A stretch of DNA of 64,000 bases, from contig CAWHFU010000011.1 of assembly GCA_963828685.1 (NCBI GenBank), positions 45,893 to 109,892 on the forward strand, read 5' to 3'. Shown in pieces: positions 10,810 through 22,762 of the stretch; within the stretch, counting starts at the first letter, position 1; the number at the start of each line of letters is the position of its first letter. The DNA comes from an uncultured Pseudomonadota bacterium. Its GTDB lineage: Bacteria > Pseudomonadota > Gammaproteobacteria > Xanthomonadales > Rhodanobacteraceae. The notes under the pieces are model-generated. The model was not told the origin of the DNA. It searched no databases and was given only the letters and a program-made list of their open reading frames with translations. The translations under genes were made by a program, and so were the position numbers.

Positions 10810-11346
10810 TCAGTCCGCCGCGCCGGAAGACTCGGGCAACTCCGACAACACATCGGACTCCACCGATGCGGTCAGCTCGGTATCGTCGAGCAGATCCAGC
10901 AATTCGGATTCGATCCATTCCAGGTCCGGGATCATCGCCACGTCATCGCGCACCAGCACGTGTGCACGCACGCCCGGCGGCAATGCGCTGCCGTCGTGGG
11001 TCGGAATGATCAATTCGGCATTCAACGTGGTCAGTCGCGGAAAACCCTGGGTCAACACCGCGATGAACGGCAGTTTCGGGTTACCGCCGAGTGCCTTCAG
11101 CACGGCCACGCGCACGCTCAGCTCGGCATCCCCTTCCTCGGTCCCGGTCAGGCGGGTAAACGACACCAACGGCACACGCCAGCCACGCCAGGCAATGCGA
11201 CCCACCAGCCACTCCGGCGCACCGGCTACCGGCTCGGGTGTGCTCTGGGTGATCACCTCGGCGATGGTGGCATTGGGCAGCAACAGACGCAGGTTGCCGA
11301 CCGGCACCAGAACGCAACGGATTTCACGCGGCAACGGATCATTCAT
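10810..11346 (-). CDS. chpC: CheW-like coupling protein ChpC
   Basis: Single CheW domain (VPVGNLRLLLPNATIAEV...WLVGRIAWRGWRVPLVSF). It is the last gene of the Pil-Chp operon and overlaps chpB by 4 bp. Confidence 0.75.
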   Translation of the reverse strand: MNDPLPREIRCVLVPVGNLRLLLPNATIAEVITQSTPEPVAGAPEWLVGRIAWRGWRVPLVSFTRLTGTEEGDAELSVRVAVLKALGGNPKLPFIAVLTQGFPRLTTLNAELIIPTHDGSALPPGVRAHVLVRDDVAMIPDLEWIESELLDLLDDTELTASVESDVLSELPESSGAAD

Positions 11347-13100
11347 GGAAACACCTCGAGCAGGTGCGCCGCCAATTCAGGCGACGTACCGGAAAAACTG
11401 ACCAGCCGTTCGGCAAATATTCCGCTGACCATGTCGGCAAAATGTTCTCCGGACGACGACTCTACCCATACCTGGCCGCCGCGATCATGGATCGCCTGTG
11501 CGCCGGCAACCGCATCATTTCCGCGCCCGGCGAACACGATCGCCAACGCGTCACGACCGAACGCACTCGCTGCCATCGTGAAGCTGGTGTCGATCGAGGG
11601 ATCCCCGGTCGCCTCCTGCCCGATGGACTGCAGCTCGACGATGCCATCGCGACGCAAGCGCACTTGCTGCCCTGCGGGAACGACCAGCACCTCGCCAACG
11701 TTGGCACGACCGCCTTGCCGAGCCAGCTGAACCGGCAAGGCGGAATGCGCAGCAAACCGCTCCACCAGCGCCACATCCGAATGCCGACCCAGATGCTGGG
11801 TGTGCAGGAAGGTCAAGCGCGTGGTCGATGGCAGTGCGCCAAGGAAGGCACAGACCGATTCGATACCATCGACCGACGCACCGAGCAGCACGACGCGGCT
11901 CAGCGCCGAACCCAGTTCGTCGAGCACCATTTCGTGTTCATGCACATAGGGCTGTGGCGCGATCGCTTCCTCTATCGACATCAGTTCGAGGCTCATCTTC
12001 GGCTCGAACTCGGTCGCGCTCGGCTCGACGTCCGGCGCAAGAAAATCGGCTGCAGTCATTTTCACGATGCCGAACGCCTTGGCATCGGGCTCTTCGGTGG
12101 CATTGGACACAGCCGAAGGCGCCTCATCATCCAGCAGCGCCCAGCCATCCGGCGCACGCACCGACGGGGGTGTCGCAGGAATGAGCGGCTCGGCCGCCGT
12201 GGCGGGTGTCGTGGTGATCGACGGATCGGTCATCGTCGACAATTGCGCGTGATCCAGCTGGAACGTCGGCGGTGTCGCTCCGGACGATGTCTCGCTGGAT
12301 TCGTCCGGCGATGGGCGGTGCTGGCTCGTCGAATCCGATGACTGTTCCGGGTCGGGCGATGCCGCCGGCGCACCAAAGTTGCCGTCATGCAGAGGTGGCA
12401 ACTCATCCTCGTCAAGGTAACGCAGACCGGGACCGGTCGCGTCTTCATCATCCATCTGCAGTTCACCAGAAGCCAGCAGGGCCTCCAGTTCGCTCGCCAG
12501 GTTTTCCGATTCGGCCGCCGCATCCTGTTCGTGCTTGCCATCGGCCGCATCGGATATCGGGAAATCCGATTCCAGCTCCACGTCCGACTCCGGCTCTTGT
12601 GCCGATACCGGAACCGACTCCGGCAGCGTTTCCGCGAGTACCGGCTCCACGTCGGGATCGGCAAATGCCGCAACCGGCTCCGCCGGCTCGGGTGCGGCGG
12701 TCTGCACCGGTGGGGTGGATGGCAATTCGACTACACGGGCTTCTTCGGGACGTGGCGGATCGACATCGGCGATGGCCAGAACCTTGGCCGCCAGATGCCG
12801 CGCCCAACGCGCGCGATCCCAGCCAAGCAGCGTACGGCTGGCCTGAGCATCGTTGAAGACCAGCCGTGGGCGGTCACCTTCGATCAACTCGTACAGGTGA
12901 TCAAGCGCGTCATCGGCACTGTCGTCCAGGTTGACCACCAGCACATCGACGCCAGCATCCAGCAGCAACTCGCGACTCAGGCTGGACACTTCGCCCTCGT
13001 GCACGATCCGTGCACCGCGCTCGCTCAACGCGTCGCGCAGGTGGCCACCCAGCTCGGTATCGTCGAAGAGCAAGGCAACCGCCGGAGCCAGCTCAGTCAT
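11343..13100 (-). CDS. chpB: ChpB-like protein: degenerate receiver domain, long acidic Pro-rich linker, CheB-type methylesterase domain
   Basis: The ATG at 13100 overlaps the chpA stop (ATGACTGA). The C-terminal 190 aa align to the CheB catalytic domain (LLGASVDG..., HTQHL..., AGRGNDAVAG). The longer ORF to 13229 overlaps chpA. Confidence 0.7.
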   Translation of the reverse strand: MTELAPAVALLFDDTELGGHLRDALSERGARIVHEGEVSSLSRELLLDAGVDVLVVNLDDSADDALDHLYELIEGDRPRLVFNDAQASRTLLGWDRARWARHLAAKVLAIADVDPPRPEEARVVELPSTPPVQTAAPEPAEPVAAFADPDVEPVLAETLPESVPVSAQEPESDVELESDFPISDAADGKHEQDAAAESENLASELEALLASGELQMDDEDATGPGLRYLDEDELPPLHDGNFGAPAASPDPEQSSDSTSQHRPSPDESSETSSGATPPTFQLDHAQLSTMTDPSITTTPATAAEPLIPATPPSVRAPDGWALLDDEAPSAVSNATEEPDAKAFGIVKMTAADFLAPDVEPSATEFEPKMSLELMSIEEAIAPQPYVHEHEMVLDELGSALSRVVLLGASVDGIESVCAFLGALPSTTRLTFLHTQHLGRHSDVALVERFAAHSALPVQLARQGGRANVGEVLVVPAGQQVRLRRDGIVELQSIGQEATGDPSIDTSFTMAASAFGRDALAIVFAGRGNDAVAGAQAIHDRGGQVWVESSSGEHFADMVSGIFAERLVSFSGTSPELAAHLLEVFP

Positions 13101-16100
13101 TGACCCGCTCCAGCGCGCGCTGCTCCAGCACCTCGCTGATCTGCACCAGAAGGTCGGCTTCCTGATACGGCTTGCCGAGATAGCGATCCACGCCGATATC
13201 GAACGCGCGTTGACGATGCTTGTCGCCACTGCGGGAGGTGATCATGATGATCGGCACATCACGCAGGCGCGGGTCGGCCTTCATGTGGGTCGCCAGCTCA
13301 TAGCCGTCCATGCGCGGCATTTCGATATCCAGCAACATGAGATCGGGAACCCGCTCATGCAGCTTCTCGATCGCATCGATACCATCCTTCGCCGTACTGA
13401 CTTCGTATTCGTGGCGCTCCAGTACGCGACCGGTAACCTTGCGCATGGTGATCGAGTCGTCCACCACCATTACCAACGGCCGCTCCTTCACTTCCTCGAT
13501 GATCGGCGCCTGCACGGCACTGAGACCTTCAGCCAGACGCTGCTCGCGGCGGATGATGCCGTGACGAACCAGCGGTGCCAGATCCAGAATGATCAGGACC
13601 GAGCCATCGCCCATGATGGTGGCGCCAAGCAGACCCGGTACCGAGCTGATCTGTGGACCGACTGACTTGACCACGATCTCGCGTGAGCCGAGCACCGCGT
13701 CGATGCGGATCGCCGCGCGAAGATCACCCGCCCGGGTCAGCAACAGCGGTTGCTGCTCGCCTTCGGCCGGCAACCCGGGCGGAAGACCCAGCAGTTCGGC
13801 CAGGTCATGGATGCCATAGCCCTCGTTGCCGGACTGGAATGACGGTTCGTCCGCCTTCAGCAGTTCGGTGAGATCGTCCGGATTGACCCGCGCCACACCC
13901 TGGACCGAGGTCATCGGGATGGCGAATGTGGCCTCGCCGATGCGGACCAGGATGGCCTGGGTGACCGCGAGCGTAAACGGCAGGCGCAGGACGAAGGTTG
14001 TGCCTTTGCCCTCATCCGATTCGATCGACAGCGAACCACCGAGCTGCTTGATCTCATTCGCCACCACATCCATACCGACGCCACGACCGGCCAGCTGGGT
14101 AACCTTGCTGGCGGTGGAGAAGCCGGGCTGGGTGATCAGCGAGAGCAGCTGGTTGTCGGTGGGCCGGGTGTCGGCACGCAGCAGTCCGCGCTCGATACCG
14201 CGCTTGCGGATCGCCTCGCGGTTCAGGCCACGACCATCGTCGCTGACCCGGATCACCACCTCGGTGGCTTCACGTGCCACCTGAATATGCACCGAGCCTT
14301 CGGCCGGCTTGCCCGCCTTGCGGCGTTCGGCCGGGGTTTCGATGCCGTGAGCGATCGCGTTGCGCAGCATGTGCTCGAACGGTGCCTTGATGCGGTCGAG
14401 CAGATTGCGATCCATTTCGCCGTGCGCGCCGGCCACGTAAAGCTGGGCGTTCTTGTTCTGTTCCTGCGCGGCCTGCCGCAGGGTTCGACGAAGATTCGGC
14501 ACCATCGTGTCGAACGGCAGCATGCGCGTGCGCAGCAAACCGTCCTGCAACTCGGTGCTGACTCGCGACTGCTGGATCAGCAGCGTCTCGGCCTGGCGGG
14601 TCAACTCGTCCAGCATGTTCTGGATCGAGACCAGATCGGACACCGACTCGGCCAGCGCACGGGAATACTGCTGCAACTGCGAGTAGCGATCGAGTTCGAG
14701 CGGATCGAACACGGTCAGGCCGGCCTCGCGATGCTCGCGCTGGAAACGCGCGATGATCTGCGCCTCTGTCTCGATTTCGAGCATGCGCAGCTGGCTGCGC
14801 AGGCGCGCGACGGTCTGTTCCAGCTCGACCAGGTTGAAGCGGTAGCCGGCAACCTGCTGTTCCAGTCGCGAACGATAGATCGCGACTTCGCCGGCATGAT
14901 TGACCAGGCTGTCGAGCAGATCGGCACGAACGCGGATCTGCTCCTGAGAGGAATGCACTTCCTCCTCCATCTCCGGCATCAACTCGGGCAGGTCGAGTTC
15001 GTTGACTACCTTCGGTGCCTGCGACCGTGGAACCTCCGGCATGGGCGCCGGCATCGGCATTTCCGCCGGCTCGGCATCGTCGGTCAGAACGGTCTCGCCA
15101 GCCATGCCCAGAAGGTGATCGATCATCCCCTTCGGATACTCGGATGCCTGTCCTTGCGACACCTGCTGCACCAGGGCATGCAACTGATCGAAGCTCGCTT
15201 CGAGTGCCGCGATCAGGGTACCGGTCTTGCCAACATCGCGGATCGGCTTTTCGAGCAGGGTCTCGATCGCGTGGGTGAGATCGCCCACCGCAACCAGCCC
15301 GGCGATCCGCGCACCGCCCTTGAGGGTATGCAGATCGCGCTGCAACTCGGCCACATAGCTCAGCTCGGCCGGCTCGGCATGCCACTGCGCCAGCACGCCA
15401 TCGGCGTGATCAAGAATTTCGCGCGCCTCGTCAATGAACACCTCCAGCAGATCGGCATCGATCTCGCCGGATCCTGCCAGTGCATAGGCCTGCTTCGGCG
15501 TCGCCTCGGCGTCGACGTCAGCATCTGCAACCTGCTCGGCGGCAGCTTGCTCGGTGGCAGCTTGCTCGGCTGCAGCTTGCTCGGCGGCGGCTTGCTCGGC
15601 GGCGGCTTGCTCGGCGGCGGCTTGCTCGGCTGCAGCTTGCTCGGCTGCAGCTTGCTCGGCGGCGGCTTGCTCGGCGGCGGCTTGCTGGGCTGCGGCCTGC
15701 TCGATTGCGGCCTGCTCGATTGCGGCCTGCTCGATTGCGGCCTGCTCGCTGCAGCCTGCTCGCGGCCTGCTCGGCTGCGGCCTGCTCGGCTGCGGCCTGC
15801 TCGGCTGCGGCTTCCCGTGCCGCCTTTTCCGCTGCTGCCTGTTCTGCAGCCGCTTGCTCGGCAGCGGCATCTCCGAGGTCAAACGCACCCAGAGCAGCGA
15901 CCAGCTCGGCTGCCACCTGATCATGGTGAGCATCGTCCGGATGCACGTCGGGCGTCCGACTTGCGTCAGACGGAATCTCGTCTTCCTGGGCGCCAGCCAC
16001 TTCGACGCCACCGGCTTCGGGCGAGGCCGCCGTGACGGTGTCATCGGCATCGCCCTGCGCGCCCTCTGTATCCGGCAATTCCAGTTCGCCGACCTGACGC

Positions 16101-19100
16101 TCGTACACGACATGCGCCACCTGCGACTCGGGGTAGTGGTCGCGCATCTCGATGATCTGAGCGGTGAGTGCGTCCACATTCGGCAGTTCCGGCTCGGCGA
16201 CATCGAACTGGCGCATCACATGGTCGACCACATCGATCGAGTCGCCAAGCAGGCCCACGCCCGTGGATGACAGCGGCAGGCCGGACGCGCGCAGACGCTT
16301 GAACAAGCCTTCCAGCGGCGACAGCAGCTGCGTCAGCAACGGGATGTCAACCATCGCAATGGCACCGTGCAACGTATGCACGGCGCGCAGCAATTCCTCG
16401 CCGATCGGCAATTCGTTGTCGCTGCGCTGGATCGCCGTACGAATGGTCTGCAGATATTGCGCGACTTCGCTGCGCAGGATTTCCAGCAACACCGGGTCCA
16501 CCGGCGGCATCACCGGCATCGCGATCACATGCTCATGCTCGACCGGTGCGTTTGCCGCCGCCGCGCTGCCGGCATCGGTCACACTGGCTTGCGGTATGGC
16601 TTGTGCCGCCATGTCCTCGCGCGAGACGCGCCGGGTCACGACGCGGCGAACCGTTTCCATGGCGCGCGGCACCTGATCTTCCAGCCGCGCCTCGTTCCCC
16701 GCCGACAGCTGTTCGGCGGTATGCATGATCGCGCTGAGCGGCACGTTCGGCACGCCCTCGCCCTTCAAAGCGCCGAGCAATGGCGGCAACGCATCGATGG
16801 CGTGCCGAACCAGCGCCTGCACACTCTGGTTCGGCTCGATGGTGTTGTCGAGCACGCGGTTGAGCATGTCCTCCACTTTCCACGCAAACTCGCCCAGTAC
16901 ACCGGCGCCCACAAGTCGACCCGAACCCTTCAAGGTGTGGAACGAGCGGCGAATGCTGACCAGTGCAGGAGTCTGCGCCGGATCGGCCAACCAGACTTTT
17001 TCCGAGCTGCGCAGGTTGTCGATCTCTTCCTGCATTTCTTCCAGGAAGATCTCGCGGATATCGTCGTCGATACCCTCCGCGTTGATATTGAAGCTGGTGT
17101 TTGCCGCCAGCGCATCGGGCACCGGCACCTGCTCGAATACTTCCTCCTCGATCTCGACCCAGTCACCGTCCGGTTGATCGGATACCTGGCCCTCCAGTGC
17201 GGCAGCCGGGGTTGCCTCGGTCTGTGCCAGCCGCAGGCCGTCCAGATTGTGCACTGGCGGGACCAACTGCTCGGCACCGCCAATGAACAGGTGTCCCAGA
17301 TCGTCCCCGGGAAGAAGGCTGACGGATTCGGACAGTTCCGGATGCCGTTCCTGCGCAATACCGAAGTCGCCAACGGTCTCCGCAGCCGTCTCCACTGCAG
17401 TCAGGACCGGCGCAGGGGTCACTTCGCGCATCGACGGCACCGGCCAGTAGCCGAGCAGACCGAGGCTGTGTTCGGCCACGTCGAGGATATGCTCGAGCCC
17501 ACCGCGGTGCTCGCGTGCGGCCTCGAGGTAATACTCCAGTGCGGCCAGCGCATCGGCCAGATGATCCATCTGCGCGCCACTGGGCACGCGTCGATCATCC
17601 AGCAACTCATAGTCGATGAAGCGACCGACACCCTGGGCCAGTTCGGCCGGGCGCGGCGACGACAGCATGCGCATGGCGCCGGAAACTTCGTCCATCAGGG
17701 TCGGCGCACCAGCGAGGCGGTCGTGCTCCCAGCCGGATTCGACGAACGCAACGATCGCCTCCTTGACCTTGCCGGTATTCCTGATCGCTTCCTGCATCAA
17801 GGTCGTGACGACGCCCAGTGCTTCACTGCGCGGCAAGCCCTGCATGGCATCGGCGGCCGCCGGCTGCTCCTCGGAGCCCAGGCTTTCAATGTGGTCGTCC
17901 AGCGATGCCTCGACATACAGCAATGCGCCGGCCACATCGAGCAGGGTTTCCTCATCGACCGCACGCATGCGATTGGCGATCTCGTCCAGGACCCGACGCT
18001 GTTCATTGACCACACGGCGCGGTACCGCCAGCGCCAGCATGCCCAGCGTATCGCCTACGCGCTCGAGCACTTCACCCTGCGCGGCCAGTTGTGCGGGATC
18101 TCCATCGTGCTGACGCAGGAACAGATCCAGCGCTTCCTTGACGCGCAACAGATCGTCCTTCAGTGCACGCGATACCGAATCGAGCAGTGCACGGTTGTGC
18201 CCGGCCATCGAGCCCTGGGCATGCTCCAGTTCGCCAGCCTTGGGTAGCAGGCTGTCCAGCGCGTAAGTAGCGCGCAGCTGCTCCATATGCGGGCTGTTTT
18301 GCTTGGCCTGGGCCACGATGTAGAGCAGCTTGCTCGCCACCTCGTCCGCATCGCCCGCACGCAGACTGTTTTCACCGTGCTCGATCAGCAGGCGGATATT
18401 GCGATCGACCTTGCCGATCAGCTGACGCACTTCACCGGCAAAACCCTTGAGCGCCCCTTGTTCCAGACCTTCCAGCACGCCGGCGGCGATCCACCACAAG
18501 CGTCGACCGTGTACGTGATGGCAACGCGCCGTGATGGCCAACAGGGTCTTGCGCATGCCGATCAGCTGCTGCGCCGTATCCTGCCCCCGGAACCAGCCCA
18601 GCAGTTGCTGCTGGAAACGCAGGCGAAGATCCACCAGTTCGCCACGATGTGCCTCGGCATAGGCCTCGCTCATCGCAGCAGGCGCCTGCTCGGGCAGGAA
18701 CGCGTCGAGATTGGGGTGGAACATCGACGATTCGCTCAGCGGCGGCTCGCCTCGACTGCCACGCAGGTCGTTGAGCAACGGCAGCAACACCACCGGCACA
18801 TCGCGATGACCGCTGGACAATCGCTCGAGGTAATCGGGCAATTGCATCAGGCCACGCATCAAGGCGGCGTAAGCCTCCTCGCGATGGGTAACGCGATCTT
18901 CCAGCAGCGCGATGGCAAGGGCCTCCATCTCCGCGGTCACCATCGCCGCGCCATACAGCTCGACCATCCGCAAGGTGCCGTGCACCTGATGCAGGTGATC
19001 CGAACAAGTGCGCATGAAATCGCGCTTGGCCGGATTGTCGACGTAGGACTCCAGTGCCTCGCGGGCGATCGACAACGTGTCGTCGAGCTCCGGCTTGACC

Positions 19101-19141
19101 CACTGCAGTGTGGTGAAATCGATGTGGTCTTGAAGTCTCAT
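13093..19141 (-). pseudogene. chpA: ChpA/PilL multi-Hpt CheA-type histidine kinase with C-terminal receiver; reading frame broken near 15741-15765
   Basis: The N-terminal ORF (19141 down to about 15760) carries several Hpt motifs (HQVHGTLRMVE, FHTLKGSGRLVGA, VHTLHGAIAMVD). The C-terminal ORF (about 15760 down to 13093) carries an Hpt (LHTLKGGARIAG), an HATPase_c domain, a CheW domain and a REC domain (VMVVDDSITMRK...DIEMPRMDG). Total length is 6049 nt, which is 3n+1. Confidence 0.85.
15528..15868. repeat. 15-bp tandem repeat (about 20 units) encoding the (AAEQA)n linker inside chpA
   Basis: Plus-strand units are cttgctcggcggcgg / cctgctcggctgcgg / cctgctcgattgcgg. Two aberrant units of 14 and 11 nt lie at 15741-15765. 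Confidence 0.8.
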
Positions 19142-19254
19142 GCGCCTCTCTCAGCGGTTGCACAATGCAAACATCCTGCAACCAGCGAGACTGCCCCCCG
19201 TCAAAATGCTATTTTCAATCCGGCTAACGGGTTGACATCAACCCGGCCGATATC

Positions 19255-21291
19255 TCAACCCGGCAACTTGAAATGCGCCACCGAGCGTCGCAGGTCGCTC
19301 GCCAGTTGCGCCAGCGTACCGATCGAGTCGGCTGTCTGGCTCGCACCCTGCGAGGTCTGCGAGGTGATTTCCTGAATTGCGTTCATCGAATGCGAGACAT
19401 CCGTCGCCGCCGCAGACTGCTCGCGCGCTGCAGTGGAGATATTCTGAATCAGCGCGGACAGATCGTGCGAAACGCGCTCGATATCACCCAGAGCGCTACC
19501 GGCATCCTCGGCCAGACGGGCACCGGCTACCACCTCGGCGGTGGTCTGCTCCATCGAGTTCACCGCTTCGTTGGTATCGGACTGAATCGTCTGAACCAGC
19601 GTCTCGATTCGCTTGGTTGCGCTGGTCGAACGCTCTGCCAGTCGCTGCACTTCGTCCGCCACCACCGCGAAACCGCGACCCGCCTCACCCGCCGAGGCGG
19701 CCTGGATGGCCGCGTTCAACGCCAGAATGTTGGTCTGCTCGGCAATGTCGTTGATCAGTTCCACGATCGAGCCAATCTCCTGCGAGGATTCACCCAGGCG
19801 CTTGATTCGCTTGGAGGTTTCCTGGATCTGGTCACGGATCGAGTCCATGCCGGAGATCGTCTCGCGCACCACTTCGGCACCGCGCGAGGCGATCTTCACC
19901 GAGCGCTCCGCCACGTCGGCCGACTCGGCGGAATCCTTGGACACGACGTCCATCGAACTCACGATCTGGTTGATTGCCGATGTCGCCGAACTGATCTGCT
20001 GCGCCTGCTGCTCTGCCGCGTCGGCCAAGTGACGGGCAGTCGTCTGCGTTTCCTGAGCCGATGACGAGACCTGCTCGGAGGTCTCGTTGATCGTCGTCAC
20101 CAGGGATCGCAGCTCGTCGATGGCGTAGTTCACCGAGTCGGCGATCGCACCGGTGATGTCCTCCGACACCGTCGTCTTGACCGTCAGGTCACCTTCGGCG
20201 AGCGACCCCATTTCATCCAGCAGGCGCATGATCGCCTCCTGGTTGCGCTGGTTGAGCTCGGTACTGCTGGCAAAACGGCGACGCTGATCGCTGACCAGGG
20301 TAATGACCAGCAGGAGCGCAAAGGCCACCGCGGCGATCGCACCGAACAGACCCCACCACACATTCGGAAACAGCCGGCGCAACGGCAACTTGCCGATCTG
20401 CTCGGACAGGTCGTTCGCGCGCAACAGCACGGTCTGCGAATCCAGTGACGCCTGGTTGCCCGCATGCTTCACGTCGGCAATGTTGCCGGCAGCGGCAACC
20501 AGCTTGGCGACAGGATCGGCCAGGGTTGTCCAGCTGGCGTCCATCTCGGTAAGGATCTTGCGCGCATTCGAGTCGCTGATCGGCTTCACGCCGCTGTCGG
20601 GATTGCCCTCGATCAGGCCCTTCAGCACATTGCCGTACAGTTGCGCGTCGCGTGACAGACCATCGGCTGCCGACTGGGCGGAGTCGCCACCCTGCAGCAC
20701 TTCCTGCACACGTCGGATGATGCGGTCGGCGGACAGCATCTGGCGGGACGTCCCCAGCATCTGCTCGGAACTGCCGTTGCGTTGCTGCAGGATGTTGACG
20801 ACCTGCTCCATGCTCGAGTTGAGCAGGGGCATCTGCTGCGACAGCGTCGCGGCGCGCTGGCCGGAATCGAGCACGACCGCCTTGTTCGACAGGATCTTGC
20901 CGATGTCGGCATCAAGCTGCTTCCAGGAGGCATCGAGCGCGCTCACCGCGCGACCGGCAGGTGTGACGTTCTTGTCCGCGTAGGGCTGCATGCCGCTCTT
21001 GGGATCGCCCTTGTTCAGTCGCTGCACGGCGGAATCAATGGAATTGCGGGTTCCTTCGAGTTCCTTGAAGGAGTCGATGTTGCCATCCGCCGATTCCAGC
21101 GCGAATTTCGCGGTCTGCTGCGACAGCACCTGAATCTGCGTGGTCAGCGCGATCGCCTGGCGATCCTCACCGTTCTTCTGGTTGAGCAGGAAGAAGTCAA
21201 GTGCCGCAAAACCAATCGCAACCAGCAACAGGACAATGAGTGCGGTATACCCGCGTTCCCGGCTGACGCCCCCTGTAGTGCTCATGTTCAC
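19255..21291 (-). CDS. pilJ: Methyl-accepting chemotaxis protein PilJ
   Basis: N-terminal TM, periplasmic PilJ-type domain, HAMP, and the conserved MCP signalling hairpin ([47 protein letters not shown]). Confidence 0.9.
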   Translation of the reverse strand: MNMSTTGGVSRERGYTALIVLLLVAIGFAALDFFLLNQKNGEDRQAIALTTQIQVLSQQTAKFALESADGNIDSFKELEGTRNSIDSAVQRLNKGDPKSGMQPYADKNVTPAGRAVSALDASWKQLDADIGKILSNKAVVLDSGQRAATLSQQMPLLNSSMEQVVNILQQRNGSSEQMLGTSRQMLSADRIIRRVQEVLQGGDSAQSAADGLSRDAQLYGNVLKGLIEGNPDSGVKPISDSNARKILTEMDASWTTLADPVAKLVAAAGNIADVKHAGNQASLDSQTVLLRANDLSEQIGKLPLRRLFPNVWWGLFGAIAAVAFALLLVITLVSDQRRRFASSTELNQRNQEAIMRLLDEMGSLAEGDLTVKTTVSEDITGAIADSVNYAIDELRSLVTTINETSEQVSSSAQETQTTARHLADAAEQQAQQISSATSAINQIVSSMDVVSKDSAESADVAERSVKIASRGAEVVRETISGMDSIRDQIQETSKRIKRLGESSQEIGSIVELINDIAEQTNILALNAAIQAASAGEAGRGFAVVADEVQRLAERSTSATKRIETLVQTIQSDTNEAVNSMEQTTAEVVAGARLAEDAGSALGDIERVSHDLSALIQNISTAAREQSAAATDVSHSMNAIQEITSQTSQGASQTADSIGTLAQLASDLRRSVAHFKLPG

Positions 21292-21421
21292 CTCATCCGT
21301 CTAACTAATACGTTGCCGGTTCCGCGTCATCATCGAAAGCGGTTACTGGCCAGGGACATGTCGTCCCGAGTTTCCGGCCCTGATGGGCGCCGGCCCTTCA
21401 CATACGCAACCGGACCTTGTA

Positions 21422-21961
21422 TCAGGCCGCGGCATGCCGGAAATCCGGTGCACGCACCAACCGGTTCATGCTGAAAATCGCCAATTGCTGTTCCCCCACC
21501 CGGTTCTCGACGAAACGGGTGAGACGCGGGTCGTCCTCGCGTTCGGCCTCGCGTCGCTGTTCCTCATCCACGGTGCGCTGGCCGAATACCTCGTCCACCA
21601 GCAACGCCACGCTGCCGCCGCCCTGGCGCACCACCAGCAGCCGGCTGCGATCGGAATGCTGTGTCCGTTCACCGAACAGGAAGCGGGCAAAATCGACCAC
21701 CGGCACCAGGTTGCCGCGCACGTTGGCAACGCCGAGAAGCCATGGCTGGGTTCCCGGCACCGGGGTCAGCACGGGTACCGCCAACAGCTCGTTGATTTCG
21801 TCGATACCGCTGACCAGCAGGCGTGAACCGACACGAAAACCGATGCCACGCCACAAGCCGGGAGCCTCCAGCTTGTCATTCGTATCGGACGCGTGCGCCA
21901 GCGACAGCCGCTCGTAGCGTGCCAGAATTTCGAACGGGGTGCGGTTGACGGACTGGTTCAT
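21422..21961 (-). CDS. pilI: CheW-like protein PilI
   Basis: CheW domain (WLLGVANVRGNLVPVVDFARFL). Lies between pilH and pilJ and overlaps pilH by 4 bp. Confidence 0.8.
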   Translation of the reverse strand: MNQSVNRTPFEILARYERLSLAHASDTNDKLEAPGLWRGIGFRVGSRLLVSGIDEINELLAVPVLTPVPGTQPWLLGVANVRGNLVPVVDFARFLFGERTQHSDRSRLLVVRQGGGSVALLVDEVFGQRTVDEEQRREAEREDDPRLTRFVENRVGEQQLAIFSMNRLVRAPDFRHAAA

Positions 21962-22329
21962 GTCTCGCTCGGCAACAGATCATTGATGCAGGCCAGCAGC
22001 TCTTTTTCGTTGACTGGCTTGGTGATGAACGCGCGGGCGCCCTGACGAAGACCCCAGACCCGGTCGGTTTCCATTGACTTGGTGGTGATCATCACGACCG
22101 GAACGGCTGCGGTGACGGGATCGCGAGTCAATGTCCTGGTCGCCTGGAAGCCGTTCATGCCCGGCATGATCACGTCCATGATGACCAGGTCGGGCAGATC
22201 GCCGCGAACCCGCTCGATGCCTTCCTCCGCGGAACTGACCGCGGCAACCTGATGTCCGGCCCGTTCCAGCAGCGTGGTGAACACGCGCACGTCGGTCGGC
22301 GAATCGTCGATGATGAGAATGTTGGCCAC
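21958..22329 (-). CDS. pilH: Twitching-motility response regulator PilH
   Basis: A GTG start at 22329 preceded by AGGGGGA gives VANILIIDDSPTD..., a 123-aa single REC domain. The longer ORF to 22395 would overlap pilG. Confidence 0.85.
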   Translation of the reverse strand: MANILIIDDSPTDVRVFTTLLERAGHQVAAVSSAEEGIERVRGDLPDLVIMDVIMPGMNGFQATRTLTRDPVTAAVPVVMITTKSMETDRVWGLRQGARAFITKPVNEKELLACINDLLPSET

Positions 22330-22351
22330 AGGTCCCCCTAAGAATCTGCAG

Positions 22352-22762
22352 TCAGTGGCTTGCAGCTGCGCTGACATGGCGGTGGATGGCACCAAGCAGT
22401 TCGTCGCGCGTGAACGGCTTGGTCAGGTATTGTTCGGCACCCACGATGCGGCCGCGCGCCTTGTCGAACAGCCCGTCTTTCGAACTGAGCATGATCACGG
22501 GCGTCGCACGGAACTGCGGGTTGTTCTTGATCAGCGCGCAGGTCTGATAGCCATCCAGCCGCGGCATCATGATGTCGACGAAGATGATTGCGGGCTTCTG
22601 GTCGGAGATCTTGGCCAATGCCTCGAATCCGTCGACCGCGGTCAGCACCTCACAACCCTCTTTTTTCAGCAGGGTCTCCGCTGTGCGGCGGATGGTCTTC
22701 GAGTCATCAATCACCATGACCTTCAGACCAGCCAAGTCAATAGCACTCACGTTCAAATTCAC
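22352..22762 (-). CDS. pilG: Twitching-motility response regulator PilG
   Basis: LKVMVIDDSKTIRRTAETLLKKEGCEV...FVDIMMPRLDGYQTCALIKNN...YLTKPFTRDELL, a CheY-like protein with the PilG-type N-terminal extension. Confidence 0.9.
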   Translation of the reverse strand: MNLNVSAIDLAGLKVMVIDDSKTIRRTAETLLKKEGCEVLTAVDGFEALAKISDQKPAIIFVDIMMPRLDGYQTCALIKNNPQFRATPVIMLSSKDGLFDKARGRIVGAEQYLTKPFTRDELLGAIHRHVSAAASH

